The notes: generated by a model not told the origin, from the letters alone. Positions 22,130-32,726 are shown, counted from the stretch's first letter. The stretch: DNA of 64,000 bases from Candidatus Rokuibacteriota bacterium (GCA_044869815.1 JBIOXS010000143.1:7563-71562), one strand, 5' to 3'. Program-made: numbers and translations.

Positions 22130-23128
22130 ATGACCGCGCGACTCGGCTTCGTGCTCGCGAGCGCGGCCGCGCTGCCGACCGACGACTTCGTCGCCATCGC
22201 GCAGGAGACGGAGGCGCGCGGCTACCACACCGCGTGGACGGGCGAGGTGTCCGGCTGGGATGCCTTCACGGTGATGACGATGATCGCCAGCCGCACGGCG
22301 CGCCTGCACGTCGCCTCGGCGGTGGTGCCGGTGCAGACGCGCTCGCCGGTCGTCCTCGGCATGAGCGCGGCCGCGCTCGCGCACTGGGCACCTGGCCGCG
22401 TGGCGCTCGGCCTCGGTCTCTCGAGCCGCATCATCGTCGAGCAGTGGCACGGGCTCGCGTTCTCGCCCTCGCTCGCCCAGCTCCGGGAGGCGGTGCAGAT
22501 CATCCGCCTCGTCGCCGCCGGCGCGCGCGTGAGCTTCGACGGAAAGTTCTACCGGCTGAAGAACTTCCGGCTGACCACGCCGCCGCCGTCGCCGCCGCCG
22601 CGGCTCGTGCTGGCGGCGCTCGGGCCCGAGATGCTGGAGCTGGCCGGCGAGATCGCCGACGGCGTGGTGCTCAACTGGATCCCGCCCGAGAGCGTGCCCG
22701 ACTCGATCCGGCATCTCGCGATCGGCGCCAAGCGCGCGGGCCGATCGCTCGACGGCTTCGAGATCGCCGCCTTCATCCGGACGTGCGTGACCGACGATAC
22801 CGCCGCCGCCCGGGCGACGCTGGCGCGCGACATCACCGGCTACACCATCGTCGATGTCTACGCGAGCTTCTTCCGGAGCGCCGGCTTCGGCGAAGAGGTG
22901 GCGGCGGTCAACGCCGCCTGGAAAGCCGGCGACCGCGCGGCGGCGGTGCGGCACATCTCGCCGCGCGTCCTGGACGGCCTCGGCGTCGTCGGCGACGAGG
23001 CGGCCTGCCGGGAGCGCATCGCCGCCTTCGCGCGCGCCGGCCTGACCATGCCGGTCGTGCTGCCGTTCACGCCGACGGGCGCCGACCCGCGCGCTTCGCT
23101 GCTGCGGACCCTCCGCGCGTTCGGATGA
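22130..23128 (+). CDS. LLM-class (luciferase-like) F420-dependent oxidoreductase
   Basis: MTARLGFVLASAA...ARGYHTAWTGEVSGWDAFTVMT...GRVALGLGLSS is typical of LLM family proteins. ATG at 22130. Confidence 0.82.
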   Translation: MTARLGFVLASAAALPTDDFVAIAQETEARGYHTAWTGEVSGWDAFTVMTMIASRTARLHVASAVVPVQTRSPVVLGMSAAALAHWAPGRVALGLGLSSRIIVEQWHGLAFSPSLAQLREAVQIIRLVAAGARVSFDGKFYRLKNFRLTTPPPSPPPRLVLAALGPEMLELAGEIADGVVLNWIPPESVPDSIRHLAIGAKRAGRSLDGFEIAAFIRTCVTDDTAAARATLARDITGYTIVDVYASFFRSAGFGEEVAAVNAAWKAGDRAAAVRHISPRVLDGLGVVGDEAACRERIAAFARAGLTMPVVLPFTPTGADPRASLLRTLRAFG

Positions 23129-23859
23129 GCCTGGCCGTGCTCGGCGTCATTCCGGCGCGCCTCGCCTCGACGCGGCTGCCGCGAAAGGTGCTGCGCGACA
23201 TCGGCGGGCGGCCGCTGATCGCCTGGGTCTACGAGGCCGCACGTCGCTCGCCGCTGCTCGGCGACGTCCTGGTGGCCACGGACGCCATGGAGGTCGCGGA
23301 TGTCTGCCGGACGCACGGAATTCCCGCCGTCCTCACCTCGCCCGCGCATCAGTCGGGTACGGATCGCGTGTGGGAGGTCGCCCAGGGCCGGGCCGCTGAC
23401 GTCTACGTCAACGTCCAGGGCGACGAGCCGCTGATCACCCGCGGCCACATCGAGCGGCTCGTCCATCCATTCCTCACCCATCCCGATACCCAGGTCAGCA
23501 CGCTCAAGATCCTCGCCACCGAGGCGGAGAAGCCGAATCCGGCCGTGAACAAGGTCGTCGTCGACGCCGACCATCGCGCGCTCTACTTCTCGAAGTACCC
23601 GATCCCGTACGATCGTGACGGCGCCGGCGCACCCGTCTACAAGCACATCGGCCTGTACGCCTACCGGCGCGCAGCCCTCGAGGCCTTCCACCGGATGCCG
23701 CCCTCGTTCCTCGAGCGCACGGAGCGCCTCGAGCAGCTGCGCTTTCTCGAGAACGGCATCGCCATCACGGTGATGGAGACGACGGAGCCGACCATCGGCG
23801 TGGACACCGAGGAGGACCTGCGCGCCGCCGCCGCCCGGCTCGGCGCGCGCGCTTCGTGA
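23125..23859 (+). CDS. kdsB: 3-deoxy-manno-octulosonate cytidylyltransferase (CMP-KDO synthetase)
   Basis: VIPARLASTRLPRKVLRDIGGRPLIAWVYE, HQSGTDRV, VNVQGDEPLI motifs. ATGA overlap with the upstream gene. Confidence 0.9.
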   Translation: MSLAVLGVIPARLASTRLPRKVLRDIGGRPLIAWVYEAARRSPLLGDVLVATDAMEVADVCRTHGIPAVLTSPAHQSGTDRVWEVAQGRAADVYVNVQGDEPLITRGHIERLVHPFLTHPDTQVSTLKILATEAEKPNPAVNKVVVDADHRALYFSKYPIPYDRDGAGAPVYKHIGLYAYRRAALEAFHRMPPSFLERTERLEQLRFLENGIAITVMETTEPTIGVDTEEDLRAAAARLGARAS

Positions 23860-25061
23860 CCGGCCCCTCGGCCGCCGACCCCGCGCGAAAGCGCTGGGCG
23901 ATCCTCGCCGTCATCGTGCTCGCGCAAACGGTGGCCAACATCGGCCCCCTCGGCATTCCGGCCATCGCCTCGCTCGTCCGCGCCGATCTCGACCTGACGC
24001 TGACGCAGGCGGGCTCGTTCCTCTCGGCGTACTACATCGGCCCGATCGTGATGTCGCTCTTCGCCGGGCTGCTCGCCGACCGCTGGGGAACGGCAAAGAC
24101 GCTGGTGCTCGGTCAGGGCATCATCGCGGCCGGCCTGCTCGCGGTGAGCGCCGCCGACTCGTACGCCGCGTTCATCACGCTCATGGCGCTGGCCGGCGTC
24201 GGCTACGGCACCCTCAATCCCGCGTCGACGACGGCGGCGATGTCGTGGTTTCCACCACGGCAGCGCGCCACCGTGGTCGGCCTCAAGCAGGTCGGTCTCC
24301 CCTTCGGCGGCATGCTCGGCGCGGCCAGCCTGCCGGCGCTCGCGCTGGCGCTCGGCTGGCGCCACGCCGTCGTCGTCGCCGCGTCGCTCATCGCGGGCTG
24401 CGCGGTCCTCTGCGCGCTGGTCTATCGCGATCCTCCGGGCGAGCCGCTGCCGGCGCGCCGACCGGGCGAGCGCGGCGCCCTGGCGCGCGTGCTGCTGAAT
24501 CGCGACCTCTGGCTGGTGGCGGTCGCCACGCTGGTCTTCGCCGCCATGCAGACGGTCTGGATGGCGTTCCTCGCCCTGTACCTGCAAGCGGTCGTCGGCC
24601 TCAGCCTGCTCGGCGCCAGTCGCTATCTGGCCATCGCCCAGGGCGGCGGCGTGCTGGGGCGCGTCGCCTTCGGCGTCCTCTCCGATCGCGTGTTCGGTGG
24701 GCGACGGCGGCTGCCCCTTGCCATCGCCGGCTGCGGCTCGGCGCTCTGCTCGGTGGCGCTCGCCTACACGGGCCCGGCCACGAGCGGCGCCTGGCTCGGG
24801 CCGCTCGCGCTCGGCTTCGGCATCGTCGGCATCGGGTGGAACGGCGTGCAGCACACGCTGATGGCCGAGCTGGCGGGCGCGCGCACGGCCGGCGCCGCCG
24901 TCGGCCTCGGCCTGGCCATCTCGTCGCTCGGCGTCACGATCGGCCCGCCGATCTTCGGCTGGTGCGTCACGGCGGCCGGCGGCTTCCGCGGTCCATGGCT
25001 CGGGCTCGCGGTCACGATGGTCGGCGGCCTGGTCCTGCTCGCGCTCGTGCGCGAGCGGTGA
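23856..25061 (+). CDS. MFS transporter
   Basis: 401 aa, 12 predicted TM segments, LADRWG-type loop motif. GTGA overlap with kdsB. Confidence 0.85.
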   Translation: MTGPSAADPARKRWAILAVIVLAQTVANIGPLGIPAIASLVRADLDLTLTQAGSFLSAYYIGPIVMSLFAGLLADRWGTAKTLVLGQGIIAAGLLAVSAADSYAAFITLMALAGVGYGTLNPASTTAAMSWFPPRQRATVVGLKQVGLPFGGMLGAASLPALALALGWRHAVVVAASLIAGCAVLCALVYRDPPGEPLPARRPGERGALARVLLNRDLWLVAVATLVFAAMQTVWMAFLALYLQAVVGLSLLGASRYLAIAQGGGVLGRVAFGVLSDRVFGGRRRLPLAIAGCGSALCSVALAYTGPATSGAWLGPLALGFGIVGIGWNGVQHTLMAELAGARTAGAAVGLGLAISSLGVTIGPPIFGWCVTAAGGFRGPWLGLAVTMVGGLVLLALVRER

Positions 25062-25065
25062 GGAG

Positions 25066-26112
25066 TCACACCTCCCGGCCCTGCAGGCGCACGGCGGTGG
25101 GGAAGGGGATCTCGACGCCTTCGGCGCGCAGGCGCTTGAGCAGGCGCTTGCGCAGCTCGTGCTGGACGGCGAACTGATCCGGGAACCGTGCGATCCAGCA
25201 CACGAGCGTGAAGTCGAGGGAATACGCGCCGAAGCCCGGGATCAGGCGCGCCGCCGGCGGCGGGTCGCCGAGGAGGCCGTCGATCTCGCCCACGGCCCGG
25301 CGCGCCTCGTCGACGAGCACGCGCTCGACGTGATCCAGGTCGACGTCATAGGAGACGCCGATCGCGATCGGCAGCGCCACCCGCGTCTCGCCGAGGTCGT
25401 AGTTGGTGATCACCGACTGCGCGACCTTGGAGTTGGGAACGATGACGACGTTGTTTTGCAGCATGCGAATGCGCGTGGACCGCCAGCCCACGTCGACGAC
25501 GTAGCCCTCGACGTTCTCGAGCGAGAGCCGGACGTAGTCGCCGACGCGGATGGGGCGGTCGGCCAGCAGGTGCATCCCGGCGAAGAGGTTCGACAGCGTG
25601 TCCTGGAGCGCGAGCGCCACCGCGAGGCCGCCGACGCCGAGGGCCGTCAAGAGCGGCGTGATGGCGATGCCCAGCGACGAGAGCAACACGAGCGTGCCGA
25701 CGATCAGCACGGTCATCCGCACCGACGTGCGCGCCAGCCCGGTGACGCCGACACCGATGGCGTGCCGCTCGCTGGCCGCCGCCACCAGCGAGCCGAGGAC
25801 GCCGGCCACCGTGATGGTCACCGACATGATCACGGCCGCCTCCAGCACGCGCTGGATCTGGACGGCGAGCCGCGGCGGCACCTCGGCCATCTCCAGCGCC
25901 ACGAAGAGGCCGAGCACGACGCACCAGAGCATCGACGGGACTCGCACGGCCTGGAGGAACAGGCTGTTGTCGTTGGTGTGGCCCGTCCACCGGCGGAAGC
26001 CGACGAAGAGCGCGTGCCGGAAGATCAGCGCGATGATCACGATGGCGACGGAGACGACGCCCGGCCAGAACAGGGGCGACATGGGCTGCATGCTATCGTA
26101 GGTCGCGTTCAT
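25066..26112 (-). CDS. mechanosensitive ion channel (MscS family)
   Basis: LSNLFAGMHLLADRPIRVGDYVRL...GYVVDVGWRSTRIRMLQNNVVIVPNSKV is the MscS beta-domain signature. Confidence 0.88.
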   Translation of the reverse strand: MNATYDSMQPMSPLFWPGVVSVAIVIIALIFRHALFVGFRRWTGHTNDNSLFLQAVRVPSMLWCVVLGLFVALEMAEVPPRLAVQIQRVLEAAVIMSVTITVAGVLGSLVAAASERHAIGVGVTGLARTSVRMTVLIVGTLVLLSSLGIAITPLLTALGVGGLAVALALQDTLSNLFAGMHLLADRPIRVGDYVRLSLENVEGYVVDVGWRSTRIRMLQNNVVIVPNSKVAQSVITNYDLGETRVALPIAIGVSYDVDLDHVERVLVDEARRAVGEIDGLLGDPPPAARLIPGFGAYSLDFTLVCWIARFPDQFAVQHELRKRLLKRLRAEGVEIPFPTAVRLQGREV

Positions 26113-26269
26113 GAGGCGGCGTTCGCTCCCATCGAACGCGCGACGCGGTGGAGCCGCCGCGCGACCGCGTGGCCCTGGCTTTCACCTTCCGCCGGCCCAT
26201 CGCGCCCGCGCTCGCCTCCCGGCGCGCGGCCACCGGCGTGCGATAACCGCGTCGCGGCGAGGCTCGACA

Positions 26270-26298
26270 TTGACAGGCCGCATCCGCGGTGGTATGAC
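26270..26298 (+). promoter_or_regulatory. sigma-70-type promoter candidate for the sugar ABC operon
   Basis: TTGACA (26270-26275), 17-nt spacer, TATGAC (26293-26298), giving a leader of about 110 nt before ATG 26416. Confidence 0.5.
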
Positions 26299-26415
26299 TT
26301 CGTCACTCTTCTCGGAGGTTTAGCCCACTCCCCAGCAATCGAAACTCACCGCGCTCCGCGCGCACCGGAACCGCGCGGGGCGAGAAGCCCGTTGACACAT
26401 CAAGGAGGATCACGC

Positions 26416-27747
26416 ATGGGTTCGGACGGGATGAACAGGCGGTACTTCCTCAAGGTCTCGGGCACGGCGGCGGCCGTGGCCGGGGGCGGCATCGAAGGGA
26501 TTCTCGCCGCGCGGCAGGCGCCGGCGTGGGCGCAGGGCAGCAAGCTCCACTGGGTGCGCTGGGTGGACTTCATTCCGGAGTCCGACGTCGAGCTCAAGCG
26601 TCAGATGCCGGAGGCCTCCAAGGCGCTCGGCGCCGAGGTCCAGCTCGAGACGATCAACGCCAACGACCTGCAGCCGCGCATCACGGCCGCCATCCAGTCC
26701 GCGTCGGGCGCGGACATCTTCCTCATGCAGTACAACTGGGCCCAGCTCTACCAGAATGCGCTCGTCGACGTGAGCGACCTGGCGACCGAGCTCTCGAAGG
26801 CGGAAGGTGGCTTCTACGACATCTACCCGCCCGCGGACGTGATCAACGGCCGCTGGCTGGCGCTTCCCCACTCGATCGTGGGCAACGCCGTCGCCTACCG
26901 AAAATCCTGGCTCAAGGAAGCCGGCGCCAGTCAATATCCGAAGACCTGGGACGAGGCCCGCAAGCTCTTCGCCGCGCTGAAGAAGAAGGGCAAGCCCTAC
27001 GGCCAGACGCTCGGGCACACCTTCGGCGACGCGCCGGTCTTCACCTACACCATGCTGTGGGCGTTCGGCGGCGCCGAGACGGACAAGAGCGGCAAGAAGG
27101 TGGTGCTCAACAGCAAGGGCGCCGTCGAGTCAGTGAAGTTCATGCAGGCGTTCTGGAAGGAGTGCTGCGACGAGGGCGGGCTGGCCTGGGACGACACCAA
27201 CAACAACCGGGCCTTCCACGCCGGGGAGATCTCGGCCACGCTGAACGGCGCCTCGATCTACATCGTCGCCAAGCGGCAGAAGGAAAAGATCAAGGACGAC
27301 AAGGGCGAGCCGATGTGGCAGGACATCGATCACGCTGCGCTGCCGGCGGGGCCGAGCGGCGCCTACCTCCTGTTCCTGAACCACTCGCACTCGATCATGA
27401 AGTACAGCAAGAACCAGAAGCTCGCGAAGGAGTTCCTCCGCTGGCTCCACAAGCCGGAGAACTACGGCAAGTGGTTCACGACGCAGGAGGGCTACTCGGT
27501 CGGCGGCACCAAGAAGTGGGAGAACGATCCCATGTGGGGCAAGCTCGACGAGCCCCTCAAGATGTTCCGCACGGCGGCGCGCAACACGCGACTGTTCGGC
27601 TTCGCAGGGCCGTCCACGGCGAAGGCCACCGAGGTCTTCACGAAGTACATCATCACCGACATGTACGCCAAGGGCGTGCAGGGCATGGGGGCCGAGGATG
27701 CCGTGAAGTGGGCGGAGAGCGAGCTCAAGAAGATCTACGAAGGCTAG
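26416..27747 (+). CDS. ABC sugar transporter substrate-binding protein (CUT1/SBP family 1), Tat signal
   Basis: AAGGAGG RBS and an RRYFLKVSGTAAAVAGG twin-arginine signal. Confidence 0.88.
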   Translation: MGSDGMNRRYFLKVSGTAAAVAGGGIEGILAARQAPAWAQGSKLHWVRWVDFIPESDVELKRQMPEASKALGAEVQLETINANDLQPRITAAIQSASGADIFLMQYNWAQLYQNALVDVSDLATELSKAEGGFYDIYPPADVINGRWLALPHSIVGNAVAYRKSWLKEAGASQYPKTWDEARKLFAALKKKGKPYGQTLGHTFGDAPVFTYTMLWAFGGAETDKSGKKVVLNSKGAVESVKFMQAFWKECCDEGGLAWDDTNNNRAFHAGEISATLNGASIYIVAKRQKEKIKDDKGEPMWQDIDHAALPAGPSGAYLLFLNHSHSIMKYSKNQKLAKEFLRWLHKPENYGKWFTTQEGYSVGGTKKWENDPMWGKLDEPLKMFRTAARNTRLFGFAGPSTAKATEVFTKYIITDMYAKGVQGMGAEDAVKWAESELKKIYEG

Positions 27748-27783
27748 CGCAGCGCACCGGATCGGATGCCAGGGGAGGAGTCG

Positions 27784-29088
27784 ATGCGGGCTCCGCGAGG
27801 AATCAACCGTCGGACGTTCCTGACCACGAGCGGTGCCGCGGTCGGCCTGGCGGCGGCGGGCCGCGCCCCTGCCTTCGCGCAGGGCACGAAGCTGCACGTG
27901 CTCCGCTGGGTGGACTTCATCCCGGCGTGCGACGTCGAGCTGAAGCGGCAGGCCGGCGACGCCTCGAAGGCGCTCGGCGCCGACGTGCAGTTCGAGTTCA
28001 TCAACGCCAATGACCTGCAGCCGCGCATCACGGCCGCCATCCAGTCCGGCAGCGGCCCCGACATCATCATGATGCTGCACAACTGGCCGCACCTGTACGC
28101 CAACGCCCTCCTCGACGTGAGCGATCTCGCGGAGGCGCAGGGCAAGGACCAGGGCGGCTATTACGGCCAGTCGGAGGCGGTGTCCAAGGTCGGGCGGCAG
28201 TGGCTCGCGTTGCCGCACGGCATCGTCGGCCTGCAGATGGCCTACCGGCGCTCGTGGTTCAACGAGGTCGGGCAGACCTCGTGGCCGAAGACCCTCGAGG
28301 AGCTGCGGCAGGTCGGGATGAAGCTGAAGAAAAAGGGAAAGCCGATCGGCCAGACGCTCGCGCATACCTTCGGGGACGCGCCGGCATGGTCGTATCCGCT
28401 GCTGTGGAACTTCGGTGGGATGGAGACCGACAAGAGCGGCAAGACGGCCCTCGACAGCAAGAACACCGTGGAGGCCGTCAAGTTCATGCAGGCGTTCTGG
28501 ACGGACGCCTGCGACGCCGGCGGGCTCGCCTGGGACGACACCAACAACAACCGCGCGTTCCTGGCCGGCGACATCTCCTGCACGCTCAATGGCGCGTCGA
28601 TCTACATCGCCGCCAAGCGCGGGCAGGACAAGATCAAGGACGACAAGGGCGAGCCGATGGTCCGCGACATCGACCACGGTCCGATCCCGGCCGGGCCCGC
28701 CGGCGCCACCGCGTACCACGTGGCCTTCTCCCACGCGGTCATGAAGTACGGCAAGAATCAGAAGCTCGCCAAGGACTTCCTGAAATGGCTTCACGGCAAG
28801 GAGCAGTTTTCCAAGTGGTTCGAGGTGGCCGAGGGCTTCTCCGTCGGCTCCACGAAGTTCTGGGAGCAGCACCCGCTGTGGAGCAAGATCGACGACCCGA
28901 TGAAGATCTACCGTCAGGCCGCCGCGTCCTCCCGGGTGTTCGGCTACGCGGGCCCACCGTCGGCGAAGGCGACGGAGGTGTACTCCAAGTACATCATCGT
29001 CGACATGTTCGCCAAGGCCGTGCAGGGCATGAAGGCGGAGGATGCGGTGAAGTGGGCGGCCGGAGAGTTGCAGAGGATCTACGGCTAA
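27784..29088 (+). CDS. ABC sugar transporter substrate-binding protein, paralog of the preceding gene
   Basis: GGGGAGGAG RBS and an RRTFLTTSGAAVGLAAAG Tat signal. Long blocks are shared with SBP1 (LRWVDFIP..DVELKRQ...INANDLQPRITAAIQS). Confidence 0.88.
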   Translation: MRAPRGINRRTFLTTSGAAVGLAAAGRAPAFAQGTKLHVLRWVDFIPACDVELKRQAGDASKALGADVQFEFINANDLQPRITAAIQSGSGPDIIMMLHNWPHLYANALLDVSDLAEAQGKDQGGYYGQSEAVSKVGRQWLALPHGIVGLQMAYRRSWFNEVGQTSWPKTLEELRQVGMKLKKKGKPIGQTLAHTFGDAPAWSYPLLWNFGGMETDKSGKTALDSKNTVEAVKFMQAFWTDACDAGGLAWDDTNNNRAFLAGDISCTLNGASIYIAAKRGQDKIKDDKGEPMVRDIDHGPIPAGPAGATAYHVAFSHAVMKYGKNQKLAKDFLKWLHGKEQFSKWFEVAEGFSVGSTKFWEQHPLWSKIDDPMKIYRQAAASSRVFGYAGPPSAKATEVYSKYIIVDMFAKAVQGMKAEDAVKWAAGELQRIYG

Positions 29089-29091
29089 ACC

Positions 29092-30057
29092 GTGAAGAAG
29101 ATCATCGCGGGCGGCTCGAGCAACGCCACCGGCCTCCAGGTGGCACTGCCCCGCGCCCACATGCGGCGGGGCCGGAGCACGCGGTTCCTCGAGAACGAGG
29201 GCCTCCTGGCGGGCCTGCTGCTCGCGCCGACCGTCGCGCTGCTCGGCGTCTTCATCGCCTACCCCTTCGTCATGGGGGTGTGGCTGTCGCTCTCCAACAC
29301 CAGCGTCGGCAACGTGGGTGAGTTCGTCGGCCTTCGCAACTTCGTCAAGGCGTGGAACGATTCGATCTTCCAGACCGCCTTCAGGAACACCTTCTACTAC
29401 ACGTTCTGGGCGACCATCCTGAAGCTGGCGCTCGGCATGTGGCTGGCGCTGCTGCTCAACCGCCACTTCCGCGGCAAGCGCATCGTCCGCGCTTCCATGC
29501 TGCTGCCGTTCATCATCCCGACCGTGCTGTCGACGTTCGCCTGGCGCTGGATGTTCGACCCGACGTTCAGCGTGCTGAACTGGCTGCTCTACCGGACAGG
29601 CTTCATCGTCACCAAGATTCCGTTCCTCTCCGACGGCGACTACGCCATGTGGTGCGCCATCGTGGTCAACACCTGGCGCGGGATGCCGTTCTTCGCCATC
29701 ACGCTGCTGGCCGGTCTGCAGACCATCAGCCCCGATCTCCACGAGGCCGCCTCGCTCGATGGCGCCAACGGCTGGCAGCGCTTCTGGCGGGTGACCTGGC
29801 CGCTGCTGAAGCCGGTCACGCTGGTGGTGGTGGTCTTCTCGATCATCCAGACGTTTTCCGACTTCCAGCTGATCTACGTGCTCACCGGCGGCGGACCCGC
29901 CAACTCCACGCATCTGCTGGCGACCTACGCCTACCAGGTCGGCGTGGCCACCGGCCTCCTCGGCGAGGGCGCCGCCATCTCGCTCTTCATGCTCCCCGTG
30001 TTGTTCATCGTGGTCTGGGTCCAGCTGCGGTACCTGCGTCGTCTGGAGGCCGCGTGA
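29092..30057 (+). CDS. ABC sugar transporter permease (MalF-type)
   Basis: 6 TM segments and an EAA-loop region AASLDGANGWQRFWRVTWPLLKP. Confidence 0.88.
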   Translation: MKKIIAGGSSNATGLQVALPRAHMRRGRSTRFLENEGLLAGLLLAPTVALLGVFIAYPFVMGVWLSLSNTSVGNVGEFVGLRNFVKAWNDSIFQTAFRNTFYYTFWATILKLALGMWLALLLNRHFRGKRIVRASMLLPFIIPTVLSTFAWRWMFDPTFSVLNWLLYRTGFIVTKIPFLSDGDYAMWCAIVVNTWRGMPFFAITLLAGLQTISPDLHEAASLDGANGWQRFWRVTWPLLKPVTLVVVVFSIIQTFSDFQLIYVLTGGGPANSTHLLATYAYQVGVATGLLGEGAAISLFMLPVLFIVVWVQLRYLRRLEAA

Positions 30058-30104
30058 TGGGACGCGCGCCGGGCTTCTCGGCGGGTAGATCGGGCGCTCG
30101 GTAA

Positions 30105-30956
30105 ATGGTCATCGAGCGGCGGTGGAAGAAGTGGGTGTACTTCTACATCCCGCTCACGCTGTTCGTCATCGGCACGCTGTTCCCGTTCTACTGGATGGTC
30201 ATCACGGCCATCCGTCCCGACTCCGAGCTGTACCGCTCGTGGCGCGCCGCCAACAACACGCCGTTCTGGACACTGGCGCCGACGCTCGAGCACTTCCGTG
30301 ACCTGCTCGCGAAGACCACCTTCCCGTACTGGCTCTGGAACACCTTCTTCATCGCCGTCGTCTCGACGGGTATCTCGCTGTTCTGCGGGCTGCTCGCGGG
30401 CTACGCGCTGGCGCGGCTGAAGTTCCCGATGGCGGGACTGCTCGGAACGTCGATCTTCGTCACCTACCTGGTGCCGCCGACGTTGCTGTTCATCCCGCTC
30501 GCGGACATCATCCGCAACTTCCAGCTCGGCAACACGCCGTGGGCGTTGATCCTCACCTACCCGACGTTCCTGATCCCGTTCTCGACGTGGCTGCTCATGG
30601 GCTACTTCAAGACCATCCCCAAGGAGCTCGAGGAGTGCGCGCGGATCGACGGCGCCACGCGGTTTGGCGCGATGATCCGGATCATCTTTCCGATCGCCGT
30701 GCCCGGCATCCTGTCGGCGGGAATCTTCGCCTTCACGCTGTCCTGGAACGAGTTCATCTACGCGCTCGTGTTCCTGTCCTCTCCGGAGCGCAAGACCGTG
30801 CCCGTCGGCGTCGTGTCGGAGATGATCCGCGGCGACATCTACTTCTGGGGCCAGCTGATGGCCGGCGCCCTCCTCGGCTCCATCCCGGTCGCGCTCGTGT
30901 ACTCCTTCTTCGTCGAGTACTACGTCACCGGCCTCACCGGCTCCGTCAAAGGCTAG
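30105..30956 (+). CDS. ABC sugar transporter permease (MalG-type)
   Basis: EAA loop ECARIDGATRFGAMIRIIFPIAVPG. Confidence 0.88.
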   Translation: MVIERRWKKWVYFYIPLTLFVIGTLFPFYWMVITAIRPDSELYRSWRAANNTPFWTLAPTLEHFRDLLAKTTFPYWLWNTFFIAVVSTGISLFCGLLAGYALARLKFPMAGLLGTSIFVTYLVPPTLLFIPLADIIRNFQLGNTPWALILTYPTFLIPFSTWLLMGYFKTIPKELEECARIDGATRFGAMIRIIFPIAVPGILSAGIFAFTLSWNEFIYALVFLSSPERKTVPVGVVSEMIRGDIYFWGQLMAGALLGSIPVALVYSFFVEYYVTGLTGSVKG

Positions 30957-30959
30957 TCC

Positions 30960-31868
30960 GTGGCGCGCCGGGTCGGCGCCCGGTCCGGCGCCGCGGTCGC
31001 GTACGGGCTCCTGGCGCCCGCCGCCTTGCTGGTGCTGGTGGTGCTCGCGTACCCGATCGCCTGGGAAATCTGGGTCAGCCTGACCAGCCTCGCCAGCCGC
31101 GCCGGCTCGCCGACGTTCGTGGGCCTCGCGAATTACCGGAGCATGCTCGCGGAGCCGTTTTACTGGCGCGCCGTCGCCACGACCGTCGTGTACCTGGCCC
31201 TCACCACCGCGGTCAAGCTGGTGCTGGGCGTCGCGATGGCGGTGGCGCTGGCGCAGCCGTCTCGCCTGCGGCCGGCCGTCTTCCTCGCCGTGTTCTTGCC
31301 ATGGGCCTACCCCGGCGGGGTCAGCGTCGTGGCCTGGTACTGGATGCTGAACCCGCCGCTCATCACCTCGTACAGCGTGGCCGCGGGCACCTTGAAGCAG
31401 GCGGTGGACGGTGCGCTCGGCAGCGGGGCGTACGCCTTCGCGAGCGTGATGCTCTTCAACGTGTGGCGGGGCGCCTCCTTCACCGCCGTCTTCCTCCTCG
31501 CCGCGCTGAACGCCATCCCCACCGAGCTGTTCGAGTACGCGCAGCTCGAGACCCGCAGCGGGTGGCAGCGCCTGCGTCACGTGACGCTGCCGCTGCTGAA
31601 GCCGTTCGTCGCGCTCGCGACCTTTCTCTCGCTGACGACGGCCATGGCAGATCTCGCCAACGTCTGGATGCTGACCGGCGGCCGCATCATCTTCCCGGTG
31701 GTGGGCACGTACGCGTACTGGCTCGCCGTCCGCGGTGGGCAGTTCGCGGAGGCCGCGGCGTGGTCGCTCTCGCTGGTGCCGCTGTTCTTGCTCATCCTCG
31801 TGATCCTGTTCCGGTGGTTCGATCCTCCCGCCGAGCCGGCGCCGCTCGCTCCACGGGATGCCGCATGA
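30960..31868 (+). CDS. ABC sugar transporter permease (second MalF-type)
   Basis: GTG start, 6 TM segments, EYAQLETRSGWQRLRHVTLPLLKP. Confidence 0.85.
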   Translation: MARRVGARSGAAVAYGLLAPAALLVLVVLAYPIAWEIWVSLTSLASRAGSPTFVGLANYRSMLAEPFYWRAVATTVVYLALTTAVKLVLGVAMAVALAQPSRLRPAVFLAVFLPWAYPGGVSVVAWYWMLNPPLITSYSVAAGTLKQAVDGALGSGAYAFASVMLFNVWRGASFTAVFLLAALNAIPTELFEYAQLETRSGWQRLRHVTLPLLKPFVALATFLSLTTAMADLANVWMLTGGRIIFPVVGTYAYWLAVRGGQFAEAAAWSLSLVPLFLLILVILFRWFDPPAEPAPLAPRDAA

Positions 31869-32725
31869 GCCAGCGGCTGCGGCGCTGGCGTCACGGTGTC
31901 CTGCTCGGCACCATCGCGCTCTACAGCATCTTCCCCATCTACTTCATCACGGTGCAGTCCTTGAAGACGGCCGAGGAGGACGTGTTCGGCCATCCGCTGT
32001 GGGTCACGGCGCCGACCTTCGAGAACTACACCGAGCTGTTCGAGGGAGGCGAGGCGCGCGTCCGCGGCTACGTGATCGTTCCCCGAGTGCCGTTCCTCCT
32101 GTGGCTGCTCAACACGGCCGTGGTCCTCGCGGGGAGCGTCGTCCTCACGCTGGCCGTGAGCATTCCCGCCGCCTACGCGCTCGGCCGCCTGCGTCCGGCG
32201 GGCTGGCGGTGGTGGCGCCGCGGCCTGTTCGCCACCTACGTCGTGCCGCACACCATCCTCTTCATCCCGGTCTACCAGGTCGTGCTGAGCCTGGGACTGG
32301 ACGACCATCACGCCGCCCTCGTGCTGATCTATGCCACCATGGCGGCGCCGTTCTGCGTCTGGATTCTCTCCGCCTATTACCTCCACCTGCCGCGGGAAAT
32401 CGAGGAATCGGCGCTCGTCGAGGGCGCGACGCCGTTCACCGCATTCCTGCGAATCACCCTGCCGATGAGCCGGAATGTCCTGGTCGCCGCCGCCCTGTTC
32501 ACGATCGGGACCGTGGCCCAGGATTTCATGCTCGCCTCGATCTTCCTGCTCGATCCCACGCGCCAGACGGTCGCGGCGGGCCTCGGAGTGATGGACGTGA
32601 GCCTGGAGGAGCTGCTGGCGGTGGCCGGCGTGAACCTCGCGGCCATTCCGATCGTCGCCATCTGCGCGGTGTTCGCGCGCGGTTACGTCCGGGGCCTCAC
32701 GGCGGCGATGGTGGAGGGCGCCTGA
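31865..32725 (+). CDS. ABC sugar transporter permease (second MalG-type)
   Basis: ATGA overlap with the previous gene. ESALVEGATPFTAFLRITLPMSRN. Confidence 0.85.
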   Translation: MSQRLRRWRHGVLLGTIALYSIFPIYFITVQSLKTAEEDVFGHPLWVTAPTFENYTELFEGGEARVRGYVIVPRVPFLLWLLNTAVVLAGSVVLTLAVSIPAAYALGRLRPAGWRWWRRGLFATYVVPHTILFIPVYQVVLSLGLDDHHAALVLIYATMAAPFCVWILSAYYLHLPREIEESALVEGATPFTAFLRITLPMSRNVLVAAALFTIGTVAQDFMLASIFLLDPTRQTVAAGLGVMDVSLEELLAVAGVNLAAIPIVAICAVFARGYVRGLTAAMVEGA

Positions 32726-32726
32726 G

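Noticed and set aside
27130-29913. 927-aa ORF on the minus strand, the longest in the track. Similar giants occur at 5410-7977, 56510-58627, 17615-19534, 14707-15560 and 29931-31580.
   Set aside because: These ORFs are antisense to, or out of frame with, genes that have clear family motifs. Their translations are Arg/Gly/Pro/Ala/Asp-rich low-information sequence with no domain signatures. They are the expected by-product of GC-rich DNA, where stop codons are rare.
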